In this document: in pieces, positions 60,235 through 64,000 of the stretch | Layout of the letters: each line of letters begins with the position of its first letter | Numbering within the stretch: position 1 is the first letter of the stretch | Assembly: GCA_947503965.1 (NCBI GenBank) | Contig: CANNFU010000004.1 | Span: 364,654 to 428,653, forward strand | DNA length: 64,000 bases | Source of the DNA: an uncultured Rhodobacteraceae bacterium | GTDB lineage: Bacteria > Pseudomonadota > Alphaproteobacteria > Rhodobacterales > Rhodobacteraceae | Direction of reading: 5' to 3' | The notes under the pieces: generated by a model | Seen by the model: the letters and a program-made list of their open reading frames with translations, nothing else | What the model was told of the DNA's origin: nothing | Database searches by the model: none | Made by a program: the position numbers and the translations under genes

Positions 60235-60669
60235 TCAGGCCGCGTCGATCCCGACAATTTCAATCGCGAAATTCAGATCCTGCCCGGCCAGCGGGTGATT
60301 GGCATCCAGCGTCACCTCTGTCTCGGTCACTTCGGCCACGACGACCGGCACGACCTGTCCCTGAGGTGTCTGCATCTGCAACCGCGTGCCCTGCTCTAAC
60401 GGGATGTTGTCCGGGATCTCGCTTCGCGGAATGGCCTGCCGCGCCTCTGGGTTATGTGCACCATAGGCGTCCGCACAGGGCACGTTCACCACCTTCTTTT
60501 CACCCACGGCCATACCGGCAATTGCGGCATCCAGACCTTTGATAATCTGCCCGGACCCCACCACAAATTCCAGCGGATCGCGCCCTTCGGAACTGTCGAA
60601 CTGATCCCCGTTATTCAGGGTGCCAGTATAGTTGATCCGCACGGTATCACCTTCTTTTGCTTGGCTCAT
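60235..60669 (-). CDS. FKBP-type peptidyl-prolyl cis-trans isomerase (SlyD-like, no His tail)
   Basis: It begins MSQAKEGDTVRINYTGTL and has an IF (insert-in-flap) domain. The ORF track extension to 60813 overlaps the downstream gene start and is spurious. Confidence 0.8.
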   Translation of the reverse strand: MSQAKEGDTVRINYTGTLNNGDQFDSSEGRDPLEFVVGSGQIIKGLDAAIAGMAVGEKKVVNVPCADAYGAHNPEARQAIPRSEIPDNIPLEQGTRLQMQTPQGQVVPVVVAEVTETEVTLDANHPLAGQDLNFAIEIVGIDAA

Positions 60670-60799
60670 CGGGATGCTCTTTCGTGTGTGAATAGGTTGA
60701 GCGACGCAAACTAAGCGGACGATGCCGTTATTGCAAATCGGTTTGCCCTTTTCGTCCCGCAACGCCCGTGACAATGTGGCGGCAAAAGGGAAGGTCACA

Positions 60800-61477
60800 A
60801 TGCCCATTACCACCTGTGTCTTTGATGCCTATGGCACGCTGTTCGACGTGAACGCCGCCGCGGCCCAGGCTGCGGCAGAGCCTGAACATACCGCACTTTC
60901 CACGGTTTGGCCTGCCCTGGCCCGTGATTGGCGGCTCAAGCAATTGCATTATACCTGGCTGCGCGCGGTTGCTGATCAGCACTGCGACTTCTGGCAGGTC
61001 ACACAGGACGGGCTGGATTGGGCGCTGGAGGCGAACGGCGTGATGGGTGACGCCACCCGTGCGCGCCTACTTGAACTTTACTGGGAACTGGCCGCCTATA
61101 GTGAGGTTCCTGCGATTTTGGCGACACTGAAGGCCAAGGGCATGCAAACGGCGATCCTGTCGAATGGGTCGCCTGACATGTTGCAGGGTGCAGTCAGCTC
61201 TGCCGGGATTGGTGATGTACTGGATGCGGTGCTGAGCGTTGAGGCTGTTGGCGTCTTCAAACCGCATGCCCGGGTTTACGACCTTGTGGAACAGCATTTT
61301 GACTGTATGCGGGATGCTGTTTTATTCGTTTCATCGAACGGTTGGGATGCAGCCGGCGCTGCTGGCTATGGCTTTCAAACGGTGTGGGTGAACCGCGCCG
61401 ACGAACCGATGGATCGTCTTTACGCCCAGCCGCACCATGTCTTGCCAGACCTTACCACAATCCCGGAGCTTGTCTGA
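60800..61477 (+). CDS. haloacid dehalogenase type II (HAD superfamily)
   Basis: It begins MPITTCVFDAYGTLFDV (DxYGT nucleophile motif). ATG at 60800. Confidence 0.75.
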   Translation: MPITTCVFDAYGTLFDVNAAAAQAAAEPEHTALSTVWPALARDWRLKQLHYTWLRAVADQHCDFWQVTQDGLDWALEANGVMGDATRARLLELYWELAAYSEVPAILATLKAKGMQTAILSNGSPDMLQGAVSSAGIGDVLDAVLSVEAVGVFKPHARVYDLVEQHFDCMRDAVLFVSSNGWDAAGAAGYGFQTVWVNRADEPMDRLYAQPHHVLPDLTTIPELV

Positions 61478-62295
61478 TGCCCCATTTCCAAAGCCCCGAT
61501 GGGCTGCGCCTGCACTATCTGGATGAGGGCGAGGGGCTGCCTGTTATTGCCCTGGCCGGGTTGACCCGGAATGCGGCAGATTTCGATCACGTCGCACCCC
61601 ATCTGCCTGTGCGACTGATCCGCCCCGATTATCGCGGGCGCGGGCAGTCGGATTGGGCGGATCACAGCACCTACACAATCCCGCAGGAAGCACAGGATGT
61701 GCTGGCCTTGATGGACCATCTGGGGTTGGAAAAGGCAGCGATCCTGGGCACATCGCGCGGCGGACTGATTGCTATGGTCCTGGCCGCAACCGCGCGGGAC
61801 CGGTTGTTGGGGGTCGCGCTGAACGATATCGGGCCAGACATCGCGCCAGCGGGCCTTGAGATCATCAAAGACTATATTGGCCGCAAGCCTGCGCAAAAGA
61901 CCTATGCCGAGGCGGCTGCTTTTCGCGCGCAAAACTGGGTGCATTTCAGGAATGTGCCGATGGAACGCTGGTTGGATGAGGTGAAAGCGCATTACGAAGA
62001 AACGCCACAAGGGTTGGTCCTGCGCTATGATCCCAAACTGCGCGATGCGGTACTTGAGGCAGGTGCGCAACTCGCACCTGATCTATGGCCGCTTTTTGAT
62101 GCACTGCACGGATTGCCGCTGGCATTGATCCGGGGCGCGAATTCCGACCTGCTGACGGTCGCCACCGCCGACAAGATGGCCGAGCGCCGCCCGGACATGA
62201 TCCGCAGCGATGTCCCCGGACGCGGGCATGTGCCGTTTCTGGATGAACCGCAGGCGCTGGACGCGCTGCACCGTTGGTTAAAGAGGATGCCATGA
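61477..62295 (+). CDS. alpha/beta hydrolase fold protein
   Basis: It begins MPHFQSPDGLRLHYLDEG and has the nucleophile elbow GTSRGG. Its ATG overlaps the HAD stop. Confidence 0.7.
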   Translation: MPHFQSPDGLRLHYLDEGEGLPVIALAGLTRNAADFDHVAPHLPVRLIRPDYRGRGQSDWADHSTYTIPQEAQDVLALMDHLGLEKAAILGTSRGGLIAMVLAATARDRLLGVALNDIGPDIAPAGLEIIKDYIGRKPAQKTYAEAAAFRAQNWVHFRNVPMERWLDEVKAHYEETPQGLVLRYDPKLRDAVLEAGAQLAPDLWPLFDALHGLPLALIRGANSDLLTVATADKMAERRPDMIRSDVPGRGHVPFLDEPQALDALHRWLKRMP

Positions 62296-63263
62296 ATATC
62301 GACATGATCCGCGCAGCCGCCAAGCGGCTGGAAGGCCACGCGCGGCGCACGCCGATCCTGACATCGCCCTTTCTGGACGAGATCGCAGGGCGTCGGCTAT
62401 TCGTGAAAGCGGAATGTCTGCAACATACCGGATCGTTCAAATTTCGCGGCGGTTGGTCAGCGATTTCCGCCTTGACGGACAACGCTTTGAAAACTGGTGT
62501 GATCGCCTTTTCCAGCGGCAACCATGCCCAAGGCGTGGCACTGGCCGCGCGCGCGCATAGTGCGCCTGCAGTGATCGTGATGCCCTCTGATGCGCCCAAG
62601 GTGAAGATCGACAACACCAGGGCGTTGGGCGCAGAGGTTGTGCTGTACGATCGCGCGCGCGAAAGCCGCGAAGAGATCGGGGACAGGCTGTCGCAGGAAC
62701 GCGGACTGACGCTGGTACGTCCTTATGATGAGCCGCAGGTGATTGCGGGCCAGGGGACAACTGGTCTTGAGATTGCCCACGACATGAATGACCTGGGCGT
62801 GACCAAGGCAGACGTGGCTGTGTGCTGTGGCGGTGGTGGCCTGACCTCTGGTATCGCACTCGCTTTGGCGGCGGATGCGCCCGGCCTGCGCGCCCGCCCG
62901 GTCGAACCGGAAGGCTTTGATGATGTGACCCGGTCCCTGATCAGCGGAAAAATCGAACGGAATGAGCAGCTTAGCGGATCACTATGCGACGCGATCATCA
63001 CGCCACAGCCCGGCGATCTGACCTTTCCGATCATGCAGGCCCATTGCGGGCCGGGTATCGTGGTGAGCGAGGAAGAATGCCTGCGCGCCGTGGCGCTGGC
63101 CTTTGACCGGCTACGCATTGTCGTGGAACCCGGCGGCGCCGCAGCACTTGCCGCTGCGCTGTTCCACCCCGAAGAATTCGAAGGCGACGCGGTGATTGCC
63201 GTGGCGACCGGCGGCAATGTCGACGCTGCCGTCTTTGCACGCGCGCTGGAGACCCTTGCATGA
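62292..63263 (+). CDS. PLP-dependent threonine/serine dehydratase family protein
   Basis: PLP lysine context (SFKFRGG) and a Gly-rich loop (GGGGL). ATG at 62292 is preceded by an AAGAGGA motif. An alternative start is 62274. Confidence 0.8.
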   Translation: MNIDMIRAAAKRLEGHARRTPILTSPFLDEIAGRRLFVKAECLQHTGSFKFRGGWSAISALTDNALKTGVIAFSSGNHAQGVALAARAHSAPAVIVMPSDAPKVKIDNTRALGAEVVLYDRARESREEIGDRLSQERGLTLVRPYDEPQVIAGQGTTGLEIAHDMNDLGVTKADVAVCCGGGGLTSGIALALAADAPGLRARPVEPEGFDDVTRSLISGKIERNEQLSGSLCDAIITPQPGDLTFPIMQAHCGPGIVVSEEECLRAVALAFDRLRIVVEPGGAAALAAALFHPEEFEGDAVIAVATGGNVDAAVFARALETLA

Positions 63264-64000
63264 CCCGGTTCACGATTGCCAGTTTCAACGTCAAGAACCT
63301 GATCGAGGCTGAGCAGGAGTATTACCGGTTCGAGGAATACACCCCCGAAGAATACGCCTGGAAACGCGCATGGCTGGCCGATCAATTGCTGACGATGAAC
63401 GCCGATATTGTCTGTTTTCAGGAAATCTTCACCGAAAACGCCCTGCGCGACGTGGTTATCGAAACCGATGAGTTGGGGCTGGCCGCCAATGCGGCGAATA
63501 TTCCGCATCGCTCCAAAGGTTATGCCCGCAAGGCTATTTTTCGCAAACTGGCTTACGAGCCCTACACGGAATCCGCACTGGCCTTTGCACCGAACAGTTT
63601 TGACGGCGGCTCGGGGCAGCGGCGCCCCGGCGTTGCGATCCTGTCCCGCTTTGGCTTTGACGGGCTGCCCGAGGTTATTCAGGACCTTCCCGAACCCCTC
63701 GACATCCCCTTCAGCGATCTTGATGGCAGCGATAGCGGGTCATATCGGATAAAAAGGCTCAGCCGTCCGATCCTGAAAGCACGCATTCCGGTTGGCGGCA
63801 CGGTCATCACGGTCTTCAACTGTCACCTGAAATCCAAACTGGGAGAGTTTCCGCGCCCCGATGGTACGGCTTTCCCGCCAGAGGCTGATCTGGTGAATTA
63901 TGATCCGGCAGGCCGCGCAATGGGGTCATTGCGGGCCGCATTGCGCCGCATGGCCGAAGCGTGGGTGCTGCGCCGCGCCGTATTGGCGGAGCTGGCGGCG
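63260..64000 (+). CDS. endonuclease/exonuclease/phosphatase (EEP) family protein, 3'-truncated at window edge
   Basis: My own translation from the ATG at 63260 (MTRFTIASFNVKNL...DIVCFQEIF...) is open to the window end. This ORF is not in the supplied track because it lacks a stop. Confidence 0.6.
   Translation, partial: MTRFTIASFNVKNLIEAEQEYYRFEEYTPEEYAWKRAWLADQLLTMNADIVCFQEIFTENALRDVVIETDELGLAANAANIPHRSKGYARKAIFRKLAYEPYTESALAFAPNSFDGGSGQRRPGVAILSRFGFDGLPEVIQDLPEPLDIPFSDLDGSDSGSYRIKRLSRPILKARIPVGGTVITVFNCHLKSKLGEFPRPDGTAFPPEADLVNYDPAGRAMGSLRAALRRMAEAWVLRRAVLAELAA

Overview
This is a high-GC (about 60-65%) alphaproteobacterial chromosomal segment, Rhodobacteraceae-like in gene content and order, with no CRISPR array, rRNA, integrase or prophage visible. 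Conserved housekeeping genes dominate: metG, ychF, trpA, rplY-pth, ihfB-lapA-like-trpF-trpB, rpsA, cmk-aroA, trmB, metK, lnt-corC-ybeY-phoH-miaB, irr, fabA/fabB/fabI. Several small accessory insertions interrupt them, some at visibly lower GC. The most system-like novelty is a tight three-gene operon at 29.2-30.6 kb: two secreted PepSY-domain paralogs with about 80-residue poly-Asp/Glu tails, encoded by (GAY/GAR)n simple-sequence tracts, followed by a membrane-anchored LuxR-type HTH regulator. The operon is preceded by a hairpin-rich leader with repeated GGTCTAAAC motifs. It sits directly upstream of a tRNA-Arg(ACG) that carries a downstream tRNA-like T-arm fragment and an integrase-less island (SPFH protein, ANT(6)-like nucleotidyltransferase, HEMAH metalloprotease, low-GC LRR protein). 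Other items worth a second look are listed below.
- A NepR-EcfG general-stress module with no adjacent PhyR.
- Two orphan TRAP substrate-binding proteins.
- A PstS-like/OmpA fusion protein.
- A NeuA/NeuB-like nonulosonic-acid plus GT25 glycan locus.
- A radical-SAM plus DUF4130 putative DNA-repair pair.
- A repeat-rich coiled-coil OmpA protein with a small membrane partner.
- A two-gene insertion splitting fabA from fabB.
- A low-GC repeat protein downstream of fabI.
- A REP-associated tyrosine transposase (RAYT) with two copies of a REP/BIME-like double palindrome elsewhere in the window.
- An AT-rich acidic orphan gene between trmB and metK.
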